Shown here piece by piece: positions 1 to 7,184 of a stretch of DNA of 32,000 bases. The stretch is taken from contig JAUYHT010000008.1 of the NCBI GenBank assembly GCA_030688545.1, forward strand, positions 120,001-152,000, read 5' to 3'. The stretch is from Candidatus Iainarchaeum sp. GTDB taxonomy: Archaea; Iainarchaeota; Iainarchaeia; Iainarchaeales; VGJJ01. Both the position numbers and the translations under genes were made by a program. The notes under the pieces were generated by a model that ran no database searches, was not told the origin of the DNA, and was given only the letters and a program-made list of their open reading frames with translations. Position 1 is the first letter of the stretch. Every line of letters begins with the position of its first letter.

Positions 1-1
1 A

Positions 2-424
2 AAAATCAATGAATTTTTTAATTCTTTTGATGAAGGTGTGGCGCAAGTAATGGATGATGGTTTTATCGCTACAGAATTGAATAGACAGTTTGGCTTTTAT
101 GAGGGAAAAATTGATGTTCATCATCTCAATGTCGCACGTAAAAGTGCTAAAGAACAAACTCCACGCGTTAGAAATATGTTGCTAAGTGTTCTAAACTGGG
201 CAAAACTAACAAGCTTGGTCGTCTTACTTACATCGCATTATCAGTCCTCCAGATACCCCTATGACAATAAGGGTGCGTCCTACTCTGATGATTATCACAT
301 AAAGTATGTTCAGAATCTTGGGGTTATTCAAGCATATCCATTAGTGTATATTCAAATTCAGAATCTATTCACGTTTTTTGGAGATAGTTATGGATTAGAA
401 CTGAAACAAGTCACGGATGATTAA
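2..424 (+). CDS. hypothetical protein, probably the C-terminal fragment of a gene that starts upstream of the window
   Basis: The frame is open from nt 2 to TAA at 422-424. The track start at 38 is a GTG. No motif recognised; AT-rich. Confidence 0.3.
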   Translation, partial: KINEFFNSFDEGVAQVMDDGFIATELNRQFGFYEGKIDVHHLNVARKSAKEQTPRVRNMLLSVLNWAKLTSLVVLLTSHYQSSRYPYDNKGASYSDDYHIKYVQNLGVIQAYPLVYIQIQNLFTFFGDSYGLELKQVTDD

Positions 425-432
425 GAATTATG

Positions 433-708
433 TCAGGGTTTCAACCACGTCACAATTACAATTAAGAATGTGGCAATTGTCATCAAGATTGTTGCGATTG
501 CCATCCATTTTTGCATCTTTGTTGATGCCCTCATTTCATTGATTAGTTCCCGGCCGCTTCGCCGTTCCATTTCAAACTTTACCATCGTTAAATAATTTTT
601 GTTGATGGTGTGGGATGTAATTAGTCTCAAATCTTCATCAGATAGATCGCTGACCATTCCATTATCCAAAGAACGGTATAACTGATCCAAGTGTTCAGCC
701 TTATTCAT
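433..708 (-). CDS. small tail-anchored membrane protein (hypothetical)
   Basis: ATG at 706-708 (MNKAEHLDQ...); the track start at 735 is a GTG. C-terminal hydrophobic helix WMAIATILMTIATFLIVIVTW. It starts 1 nt after the stop of the upstream AbrB-like ORF. Confidence 0.35.
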   Translation of the reverse strand: MNKAEHLDQLYRSLDNGMVSDLSDEDLRLITSHTINKNYLTMVKFEMERRSGRELINEMRASTKMQKWMAIATILMTIATFLIVIVTWLKP

Positions 709-709
709 G

Positions 710-886
710 TCAGTTCTCCATTTTTGGTAGTTCACGTATCAGGAGTGTATTCCTTCCTTGTCGTTCCCACAGTAGCTTTGTGCCTTTTTCCCATAGCATC
801 AAGTGCATGAGTTCGACGGGTATGGTGGCATGGTAGCGGAATGAGCCGTCTTTGTTGGCGCTTTTCTGGATTTTGGAAGTTGCCAT
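710..886 (-). CDS. small AbrB/SpoVT-like (looped-hinge-helix) DNA-binding protein, putative
   Basis: ATG at 884-886 gives a 58-aa protein, MATSKIQKSANKDGSFRYHATIPVELMHLMLWEKGTKLLWERQGRNTLLIRE. This matches the AbrB/MazE-like pattern (y.vtIP.e....l.l.kG..l.w....g..l.i). The longer track ORF starts at a TTG and is low-complexity. Confidence 0.4.
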   Translation of the reverse strand: MATSKIQKSANKDGSFRYHATIPVELMHLMLWEKGTKLLWERQGRNTLLIRELPKMEN

Positions 887-1152
887 AGGGAAAACATTAC
901 CATTATATGGATTGCTTCCTATAAGGTTTGTTACCTCTAAAAGGCTAAAAAAAGAGCATCTTGATTTTACGAATAAGCGTCCTCCGGGGCCGTTTAATTT
1001 TTTGTAAGGTAGCAAACAGGGTAGCCTCTTTTCTTTTTTGGAGATGGAATGGCATATGTCGGTGGAATCAGACCGATTTTATCACTACGAACTTTTTTAC
1101 GAACTACTGAAAGGCCGAATCTGGCCCGAAAAATTTTCTCGCAAATTTTGCT

Positions 1153-1608
1153 TTATGGTTTTTTCACCGCACTTATTGATTTCCATTCATTTAATAGTGC
1201 TATGGCTTCCTTTTTTTCTACGCCGCCTTTTACTATTATTTTACCAATTTTATTTTTTTTAAGAATGTAAAATGTTCTTGTTTTCCCATATTCTCCATGT
1301 GGACATCCATAGATTACTTTGGATATTCCAGCATAAACCATTGCTTTTGCACACATTAAACAAGGTTCCACTGTGGTATAGAGAATAGATCCTTTCAACG
1401 AGTCTTTTTTCCGAGATGCTTTTCGAATAGCAGAAATTTCAGCATGAGCTGTAGGATCGTGCTTCCCGCCCTCTTGACTTCGAGATTTAGCGACGATTTT
1501 ATCACTTTTTACAATGATACAACCGCATGGATAATCGCCGCGATTTAATCCTCTTTCGGCTTCTATGAGAGCAATTTTCATTATCCGTTGATCTGAGTTG
1601 CTTTTCAT
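1153..1608 (-). CDS. CDA-fold nucleoside deaminase (guanine deaminase GuaD / TadA-like)
   Basis: Zinc motifs DPTAHAEISAIRKA and EPCLMCAKAMVYAGISKVIYG. ATG at 1606-1608 lies 2 nt after the SGNH gene stop. Confidence 0.75.
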   Translation of the reverse strand: MKSNSDQRIMKIALIEAERGLNRGDYPCGCIIVKSDKIVAKSRSQEGGKHDPTAHAEISAIRKASRKKDSLKGSILYTTVEPCLMCAKAMVYAGISKVIYGCPHGEYGKTRTFYILKKNKIGKIIVKGGVEKKEAIALLNEWKSISAVKKP

Positions 1609-1610
1609 AG

Positions 1611-2249
1611 TTAAATCCACTTTTTCTTGTTTAGGGCAGCCCACACAATTTTTTCAATGAGTTGATGACCTTTATTATTCGGGTGAATTCCATCATTCAA
1701 TGTAGAAATGAACGTTTTATTATTTAATATAGCAAATGCGTTGACAAAATAGACTTTTTCCTCCATACAAATTTTCTTCAAGGCTTCGTTGTACTTTTCA
1801 AATTGCTTTAAACGATACGACCCTTTTGGGTACCATGGAATTGGATCTACTTTGCTTTCATCGCATGGCTTTATTCCCAAGAAAACCATTTTATCTGAAT
1901 ACCTTCGCGTCATCTTTATTAGACGACGAATATTGCGCTTGAATATAGGTAGAGCAACCTTATTTTGTTTCTTTTTAGGTAACCAGATAGCATCGTTCCC
2001 CCCTCCGGAAAAAATGAAAATGTTTTGCTCAGTTGGATCATCATCTAAGCGAATCTTAGCCTCACTTTCAAATCTTTTAACTAATCCAGTTGTTGTGCCA
2101 CCTGAGATCCCAAGATTATAGATCAGTAGATATTTGTTATTTGGAATATTTTTCTGATCTAATTTCTCTCGAATTCGTGAAACCCATCCGCCTTTTTTAT
2201 CCCAAGCACCATAGGTAGTTGAATCACCAAAAACCAAAATATGTGTCAT
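1611..2249 (-). CDS. SGNH/GDSL-family hydrolase (esterase/lipase-like)
   Basis: Block I ILVFGDSTTYG, block III GGGNDA, block V DGIHPNNKGH. ATG at 2247-2249; the track start at 2279 is a GTG. Confidence 0.75.
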   Translation of the reverse strand: MTHILVFGDSTTYGAWDKKGGWVSRIREKLDQKNIPNNKYLLIYNLGISGGTTTGLVKRFESEAKIRLDDDPTEQNIFIFSGGGNDAIWLPKKKQNKVALPIFKRNIRRLIKMTRRYSDKMVFLGIKPCDESKVDPIPWYPKGSYRLKQFEKYNEALKKICMEEKVYFVNAFAILNNKTFISTLNDGIHPNNKGHQLIEKIVWAALNKKKWI

Positions 2250-2251
2250 AG

Positions 2252-2566
2252 TCAAACTCCAAGAGATTCTTTTACCCACTTTTCAAGTTTGCTTTCATTT
2301 TTTGCGACTCGAACAAATTCTATTGCTGGCAAATCGTATGAGTGTACTTTCTTTGTCTCTACAATAATTTGCTCTATTTTTTCTTTGGTCGTTTTGACAA
2401 GGAGCATTGTTTCATTAGAAGATTCCATTTTTCCCTTCCACCAATAATATGACTCAATACTGGGAATAATATTCCCACATGCCACCAGCTTTTTCAGCAG
2501 GAGATTTTGAACAATTTTCTTGGCTTCGGAACGATCTTTACAAGTAATAAATCCGATATAAATCAT
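2252..2566 (-). CDS. cutA: divalent-cation tolerance protein CutA
   Basis: Full-length CutA1-like sequence: ...LVACGNIIPSIESYYWWKGKMESSNETMLLVKTT...HSYDLPAIEF. About 104 aa, the typical size. Confidence 0.8.
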   Translation of the reverse strand: MIYIGFITCKDRSEAKKIVQNLLLKKLVACGNIIPSIESYYWWKGKMESSNETMLLVKTTKEKIEQIIVETKKVHSYDLPAIEFVRVAKNESKLEKWVKESLGV

Positions 2567-2615
2567 TCTAGACTTTTTGTTTTTTCCTTTATATTACTCA
2601 CTCGTAATTAGATTA

Positions 2616-2990
2616 TTAGGGGCTTCTACAGAGGTGTTCATGGACAATCTTCATCCCGTTAAGACCCTTCACAATGAGCATAGTTCCTCGACCACTTCCC
2701 TCTGCCATTTTCCCGATGACAATCCCTTTCCAATGAAAATTAAAAGTGCACACTGCGCACTCGTCTCCAATATACAACCACTTCACTTTTGAAATTTGGT
2801 ATTTTTCGTCTTTTATTTTGTTAAACGTCTTTTCAAAAGCTATCCTTATCTCGTCTATTCCTTTGAATGAACCATCCGTAAACTCATATATTGCATTGAC
2901 ATCGATGAATGGTTCTACATTTTTGAAATCGTGAGAATTAGAGGCCTTTTCATACTCCATCAAAAAATTATCCAGTACTTTTTCTTCCAT
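2616..2990 (-). CDS. SnoaL-like / NTF2-fold (DUF4440-like) protein
   Basis: About 124 aa. Pattern F...Y..A....D...v..f.d.da.y.f.dG...G...I...fe..f is typical of NTF2-like proteins. ATG at 2988-2990; the track start is a TTG. Confidence 0.5.
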   Translation of the reverse strand: MEEKVLDNFLMEYEKASNSHDFKNVEPFIDVNAIYEFTDGSFKGIDEIRIAFEKTFNKIKDEKYQISKVKWLYIGDECAVCTFNFHWKGIVIGKMAEGSGRGTMLIVKGLNGMKIVHEHLCRSP

Positions 2991-3042
2991 AACCCCCAAT
3001 AGTGCCCTTAATCTTAAAATAACTCCTTGCTCTATCTAGCAT

Positions 3043-3675
3043 ATGCAAGTTACAAAGTATTGTCACTGTTGTCTATTTATTGAGGAAAATGAAGCGCGGA
3101 TTCTTATCGATCCAGGAAGCTATTCAAATCCCCCCTTCGATTTGAAGCTGAATGCTATTTTCATTACGCACCAACACTCGGATCATATCGATGTGAGTTT
3201 GCTGAAGAATATTTTAGCCGAAAATACTGGTTGTCCAATTTATACATGTCAAGACGTGTCCGAAATATTATCCAAAGAAGGAATTTCATCAACTGCTCTC
3301 AAAGAAGGACAAGTTATCACAGTCAAAAATACTCCAATAAAGACTGTGGGAAAAGAACATGCTATTCTCTATCAGAAAAGTCCATGTATGAATCACGGAT
3401 TTCTAGTTTCAAATCGATTTTTCTTTCCCGGAGACGCACTAACAATTCCTAATGAATCTGTCGAAATTCTCGCCCTGCCCGTAGCCGGCCCCTGGTTGAA
3501 ACTCTCAGATGCAATTGAATATGCTATAAAAGTAAAACCAAAAATAGCATTTCCAGTACATGACGGAATTCTCAAAAAACCTGGAACAACAAACACCATT
3601 CCTCAAATCAGCTTACCGCAACAAGGAATTCAATGGATTATCCCTGAAGACGGGAAAAAAATGGGGTTTGGCTAG
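3043..3675 (+). CDS. MBL-fold metallo-hydrolase
   Basis: HxHxDH motif ITHQHSDHID, downstream FFPGD and PVHDG metal-ligand-like positions. About 210 aa. Confidence 0.75.
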   Translation: MQVTKYCHCCLFIEENEARILIDPGSYSNPPFDLKLNAIFITHQHSDHIDVSLLKNILAENTGCPIYTCQDVSEILSKEGISSTALKEGQVITVKNTPIKTVGKEHAILYQKSPCMNHGFLVSNRFFFPGDALTIPNESVEILALPVAGPWLKLSDAIEYAIKVKPKIAFPVHDGILKKPGTTNTIPQISLPQQGIQWIIPEDGKKMGFG

Positions 3676-3700
3676 TTTCAGAAATTAGTCTACTGGAATC

Positions 3701-3750
3701 TTTTTTGTTTAAATTAAGAGTAAAAAGAACGCCCCACCTCCACGGTGGCG
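3701..3750. terminator. convergent terminator zone: oligo-T tract plus an imperfect hairpin
   Basis: TTTTTTGTTT at 3701-3710 lies 26 nt after the + strand stop. Imperfect hairpin CGCC(CC)ACC-TCCAC-GGTGGCG at 3730-3750, followed on the minus strand by TTTTT (3722-3726), lies just after the minus-strand stop at 3758. Confidence 0.3.
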
Positions 3751-3757
3751 ATTCGTT

Positions 3758-4117
3758 TCACGCCAGCTGGATCACAATCTCTTTCGCATTGAGTTTTGGA
3801 TAGACATATTTTCCCTTTTTGGATTTGACAATAAGGTGGCTTTTTTCGAGCGCATTAAGGTCGCGGGATATGGATTCCTGCTTTCTTTTTGTTTTTTTGG
3901 CTAGCTGTGAAACACCCAATGGTTTTTCATCATCATATTCAATAAGTTGCTGAAGCAAATGAAGCTTCTGTGGAGACAACGCCTCCAACATACTTTTCCA
4001 ATCCTTGAAATAAATCACATGACTAGTCACTTTAATGAGTTTTGGGTTTTGGAAAACGGCCTTAAGGTCTTCCCGCGGGTTCCCCCCGATTCTGAAAACG
4101 ATCCTTCGCCCCATCAT
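3758..4117 (-). CDS. winged-HTH transcriptional regulator (COG4190-like, antitoxin-like)
   Basis: MMGRRIVFRIGGNPREDL...LSPQKLHLLQQL...LGVSQLAKKTKRKQESISRDLNALEKSHLIVKSKKGKYVYP has a wHTH architecture. I prefer ATG 4117/4114; an upstream ATG at 4171 would overlap the preceding gene by 37 nt. Confidence 0.6.
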   Translation of the reverse strand: MMGRRIVFRIGGNPREDLKAVFQNPKLIKVTSHVIYFKDWKSMLEALSPQKLHLLQQLIEYDDEKPLGVSQLAKKTKRKQESISRDLNALEKSHLIVKSKKGKYVYPKLNAKEIVIQLA

Positions 4118-4134
4118 ACGTATAGCACACTCCG

Positions 4135-4485
4135 TTATATATAATTGTTTTGGTATTGAGCCAAATACCATCTCCAGTTTCCCATGACCTTCTCATAGTA
4201 ATATATCACCGCCTCATACGAAACAGGACGATTATGATACTCCTTTTCTCCTGGACCTATGAAAAAATTATGCATGTGAATGGACTCCTTTTTGTTCCCG
4301 TCAATTTTGACAATTTCAATTGGATGACTATCTTTCCAATGAAGCTGAATGATAGCGAATGATTCAATAATCGAAAAATCTTCATCAGCCCGAATCCGGA
4401 CGACCATTTTATTCTGTTCGGTTTCATCGAGTGAAACTATCATTTTATAATTTTTCAAATCGCTCATTTTAGCAACCGCCAGCAT
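4135..4485 (-). CDS. small hypothetical protein, possible toxin-like partner (DUF6516-like?)
   Basis: 116 aa, immediately upstream of and co-oriented with the HTH gene. The histidine-rich core IHMHNFF...EYHNRP loosely recalls DUF6516-type proteins. No firm motif. Confidence 0.35.
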   Translation of the reverse strand: MLAVAKMSDLKNYKMIVSLDETEQNKMVVRIRADEDFSIIESFAIIQLHWKDSHPIEIVKIDGNKKESIHMHNFFIGPGEKEYHNRPVSYEAVIYYYEKVMGNWRWYLAQYQNNYI

Positions 4486-4562
4486 TCAATTTATATTGTT
4501 AGGGAAAATTTTTGCGCGAATTCATACCTTTATTTTTATACTGTTGACTACAAAATAGCAAT

Positions 4563-4952
4563 ATGCCCCCTATTCTCAATGTCAACGCCATCGACCACAT
4601 CAACATGTCCGTGAAGGACCTGGAGAAGAGCGTGCGGTTCTACCGAGAGGTGTTCGGCTTCGAGATCAAGGAGGACCAATCCAAGGACGCTTCCTACATC
4701 ATCGGCAATGCGCACGTGAAACTCTGTTTATATGAGGACAAGAATTTACATGTCAAGGAAGGGCTGAACCATTTCGGCTTCCACATCGAAAATTTTGATG
4801 AGATAATTTCAAGATGCAAGGAAATGGGAGTGCCGGTTTCCTATGATGGAGCAATTGAGTGGAAAAACCCCGCGCGATCCAAATCCATCTACATCACCGA
4901 CCCCTCCGGATATGTCATTGAATTAAGCAACCTTCCCGGGGGCGGGTTGTGA
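4563..4952 (+). CDS. VOC-family protein (glyoxalase / bleomycin resistance / dioxygenase fold)
   Basis: IDHINMSVKDLEKSVRFYREVFGFE ... LNHFGFHIENFDE ... YITDPSGYVIEL are typical paired beta-alpha-beta-beta-beta VOC modules. Confidence 0.75.
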   Translation: MPPILNVNAIDHINMSVKDLEKSVRFYREVFGFEIKEDQSKDASYIIGNAHVKLCLYEDKNLHVKEGLNHFGFHIENFDEIISRCKEMGVPVSYDGAIEWKNPARSKSIYITDPSGYVIELSNLPGGGL

Positions 4953-4953
4953 A

Positions 4954-5397
4954 TCACGCAATCGGGTTTATGGCAGTGATCCCCGGAATATTATTGAAAT
5001 CCTTTACGTTTTCAGTGTAAATGACATGGGTTTTATTTCGTAGTGCCGTTTGGGCTAAAACAACATCGTAATAGTCAAGACGCTGCTGGCCGCAAATCGC
5101 AACCGCTTCGCGAATGCTTATCGGGTCATCCACCAATACTATGGGAAACATCTCGCAAAAAAAGGAGATGAAATCGCCGACTTCTTGAGAATGGGTGCCT
5201 TTCTTTTGAATCATCACGCTACCAAATTCGCGCAAATTCTGCATTGCAATAAGAAAATGATCCTTATTCTCTTCCACTTCTCGCATAAACCGTTGGGCTT
5301 TGGCGTGCTTTTCCTTCTCGTTCGCATCCGCAAAATAAACGAGGATGTTGGTGTCAATTAGGGCTGTCCCGCTCATTCGAACACCTTTCAAAATCAT
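4954..5397 (-). CDS. vapC: PIN-domain ribonuclease toxin VapC
   Basis: N-terminal ALIDTNILVYF acidic PIN motif, later YYDVVLAQTA and a C-terminal TEN..DF. ATGA overlap with the upstream antitoxin gene. Confidence 0.75.
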   Translation of the reverse strand: MILKGVRMSGTALIDTNILVYFADANEKEKHAKAQRFMREVEENKDHFLIAMQNLREFGSVMIQKKGTHSQEVGDFISFFCEMFPIVLVDDPISIREAVAICGQQRLDYYDVVLAQTALRNKTHVIYTENVKDFNNIPGITAINPIA

Positions 5398-5690
5398 TCT
5401 CCGTCTGAATCGCCCACGATTTTATGCAAGTGCTCAAACCGTTTTCCTTTGTAAAGGTCGGCGCGCTTAAACGTTCCCACGCCTAAATCAATATCACGAT
5501 TGGATAATTCCCAGGCTTTTTTCCAGGCCCGTTTCCGTCTGTTTTCTTTATCTAATAATTCGAGGGCCTCTTCTACGGTCGCCGAGATGGCCCCTTTTTT
5601 ACCGCCTTTTTCCATGGCCAATTTTGTCAATAGCTTATCCTTTTCATCACTAATGGAGATTAAACGCTGTTTCATAGTAGATATGGGCAT
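5394..5690 (-). CDS. vapB: ribbon-helix-helix antitoxin VapB-like
   Basis: The KQRLISISDEKDKLLTKLAMEKG..ISATVEEALELL pattern is RHH/CopG-like. It has a 4-nt overlap with vapC and a palindromic operator candidate directly upstream. Confidence 0.6.
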   Translation of the reverse strand: MPISTMKQRLISISDEKDKLLTKLAMEKGGKKGAISATVEEALELLDKENRRKRAWKKAWELSNRDIDLGVGTFKRADLYKGKRFEHLHKIVGDSDGE

Positions 5691-5696
5691 TCCAAC

Positions 5697-5718
5697 TATA
5701 TATGGATTACCATATATA
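5697..5718. promoter_or_regulatory. perfect palindrome, candidate vapBC operator overlapping a TATA-like box
   Basis: TATATATGG-ATTA-CCATATATA has 9-bp arms and a 4-nt spacer. It lies 7-28 nt upstream of the vapB ATG (5688-5690). Confidence 0.45.
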
Positions 5719-5800
5719 TCCTTTTCGAGGGCGGAGCGCCGAGAAAAAAGGGCCGCTGAAACCTACAGACGGGGAATTCCTTTCTTGGGATAAAACTGCT

Positions 5801-7171
5801 TCACCGGGTACGGCGCGATGGGGGCTTTTCGAAAAACCCTCCTTGCTTCAAAATTCGTTTCAAATCCATTTTCCCTTTTTCCTTCAACGCGTAATTCACC
5901 TGCACGATGGGCTTGTTGAGCTTAACAATGTTCCCCAAATCAATAGGAGTGCCGGAAACCACATAGTCACAATCCGCCTTATTCAACGTCTTCTCCAGTT
6001 CGCTGATCTGGATTTTGGAATAACCCAGCGCAGGAATCACTTCTTTCAGATTGGGATATTTGTCGAACGCTTTCCGAATATCCCCCACCAGGAAGGGTTT
6101 GGGGTCTAGGATGATGGCGCCCTTCTCTTTAGCGAAAACGGTTCCCGCTCCAAATGGCATACCCCCATGCGTCACGGTGGGACCATCTTCCACCACCACC
6201 ACTTTTTTCCCACGCAACCGAATCTTAGAATCGGTATGGAGTACAGAATCCGCATGGATGATTTTAGCCTTTGGATTATAATGCTGAATGTTCCGCTGGG
6301 TCACCTTGATTTGGGACGGGTGCGCGGCATTCTCCTTGTTGATCACAATAACGTCGGCCATGCGCAGGTTGGTTTCGCCGGGATGATAATGCATCTCGTC
6401 CCCCGCCCGCAGGGGGTCCACAATTACGAAAAGGAGATCCGGCTTGATGAACGAAAAATCATTGTTCCCCCCATCCCAGATGATGACATCGGCTTCCTTC
6501 TCGGCGCGGCGGAGAATTTTTTCATAGTTCACCCCCGCGTACACAATTAATCCCTCCCGGATGTGTTTCTCGTATTCCTCCCGCTCCTCAATGGTGGCGC
6601 GGTGGTGCTTGAGGTCCTTGAGCGTGGCGTATCGCTGCACTTCCTGCCGGGTGAGATTACCATATGGCATGGGGTGCCGGATGACCACGCCCCGACGCTT
6701 AGCCAGCTTGAGCAACCCCCCAATTTTCCTCGTGGTCTGGGATTTCCCCGAACCGGTGCGCACCGCGCAGATGGCGATAACAGGTTTGCTCGATCGCAAC
6801 ATCGTGGCATCCGGCCCCAATAGCCTGAAATTGGTTCCCGCCGCCAGGCATTGAGAGGCGCGATGCATCACATACTCATGCGACACATCCGAATACGCGA
6901 ACACCACTTCATTCACCTTGTATTCCTGAATGAGTTGAGTCAGCTTGTCCTCCGGGAAGATGGGAATCCCTTTAGGATAGAGCTTCCCGGCGAGCTTGGC
7001 GGGAAACTTCCTCCCCGCTATCCCTGGTATCTGGGTGGCCGTGAAACATACTACATCATAGAAAGGATTGTCCTTGTACACCTGATAGAAATCGAAGAAA
7101 TCTCGTCCAGCTGCACCCATGATGATGATGCGGCGTTTTACGAATTGAAGGGGAGTTGTGGGCCCGGCCAT
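5801..7171 (-). CDS. COG2403-family predicted GTPase / cyclic 2,3-diphosphoglycerate synthetase-family protein
   Basis: The family signature runs along the whole length: IMGAAGRDFFDF, FTATQIPGI, VVFAYSDVSHEYVMH, CAVRTGSGKSQTTRK, IRHPMPYG, TIEEREEYE, WDGGNND, HPGETNLRMADVIVINK. Confidence 0.7.
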   Translation of the reverse strand: MAGPTTPLQFVKRRIIIMGAAGRDFFDFYQVYKDNPFYDVVCFTATQIPGIAGRKFPAKLAGKLYPKGIPIFPEDKLTQLIQEYKVNEVVFAYSDVSHEYVMHRASQCLAAGTNFRLLGPDATMLRSSKPVIAICAVRTGSGKSQTTRKIGGLLKLAKRRGVVIRHPMPYGNLTRQEVQRYATLKDLKHHRATIEEREEYEKHIREGLIVYAGVNYEKILRRAEKEADVIIWDGGNNDFSFIKPDLLFVIVDPLRAGDEMHYHPGETNLRMADVIVINKENAAHPSQIKVTQRNIQHYNPKAKIIHADSVLHTDSKIRLRGKKVVVVEDGPTVTHGGMPFGAGTVFAKEKGAIILDPKPFLVGDIRKAFDKYPNLKEVIPALGYSKIQISELEKTLNKADCDYVVSGTPIDLGNIVKLNKPIVQVNYALKEKGKMDLKRILKQGGFFEKPPSRRTR

Positions 7172-7184
7172 TCTGGTTCACCAT

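Noticed and set aside
887-1015. N-terminal extension of the AbrB-like ORF (track 710-1015), and + strand ORFs 1038-1262 / 1049-1270.
   Set aside because: The extension starts at a TTG and has no conserved features. The + strand ORFs are F/L-rich translations of AT-rich DNA that run antisense into the deaminase gene.
1059-1080. Hairpin TCGGT-ggaatcag-ACCGA plus TTTT, considered as a tRNA T-arm or small RNA.
   Set aside because: The loop is 8 nt without the T-psi-C consensus. No acceptor, D or anticodon arms can be built around it. I kept it only as a note inside the non-coding-gap finding.
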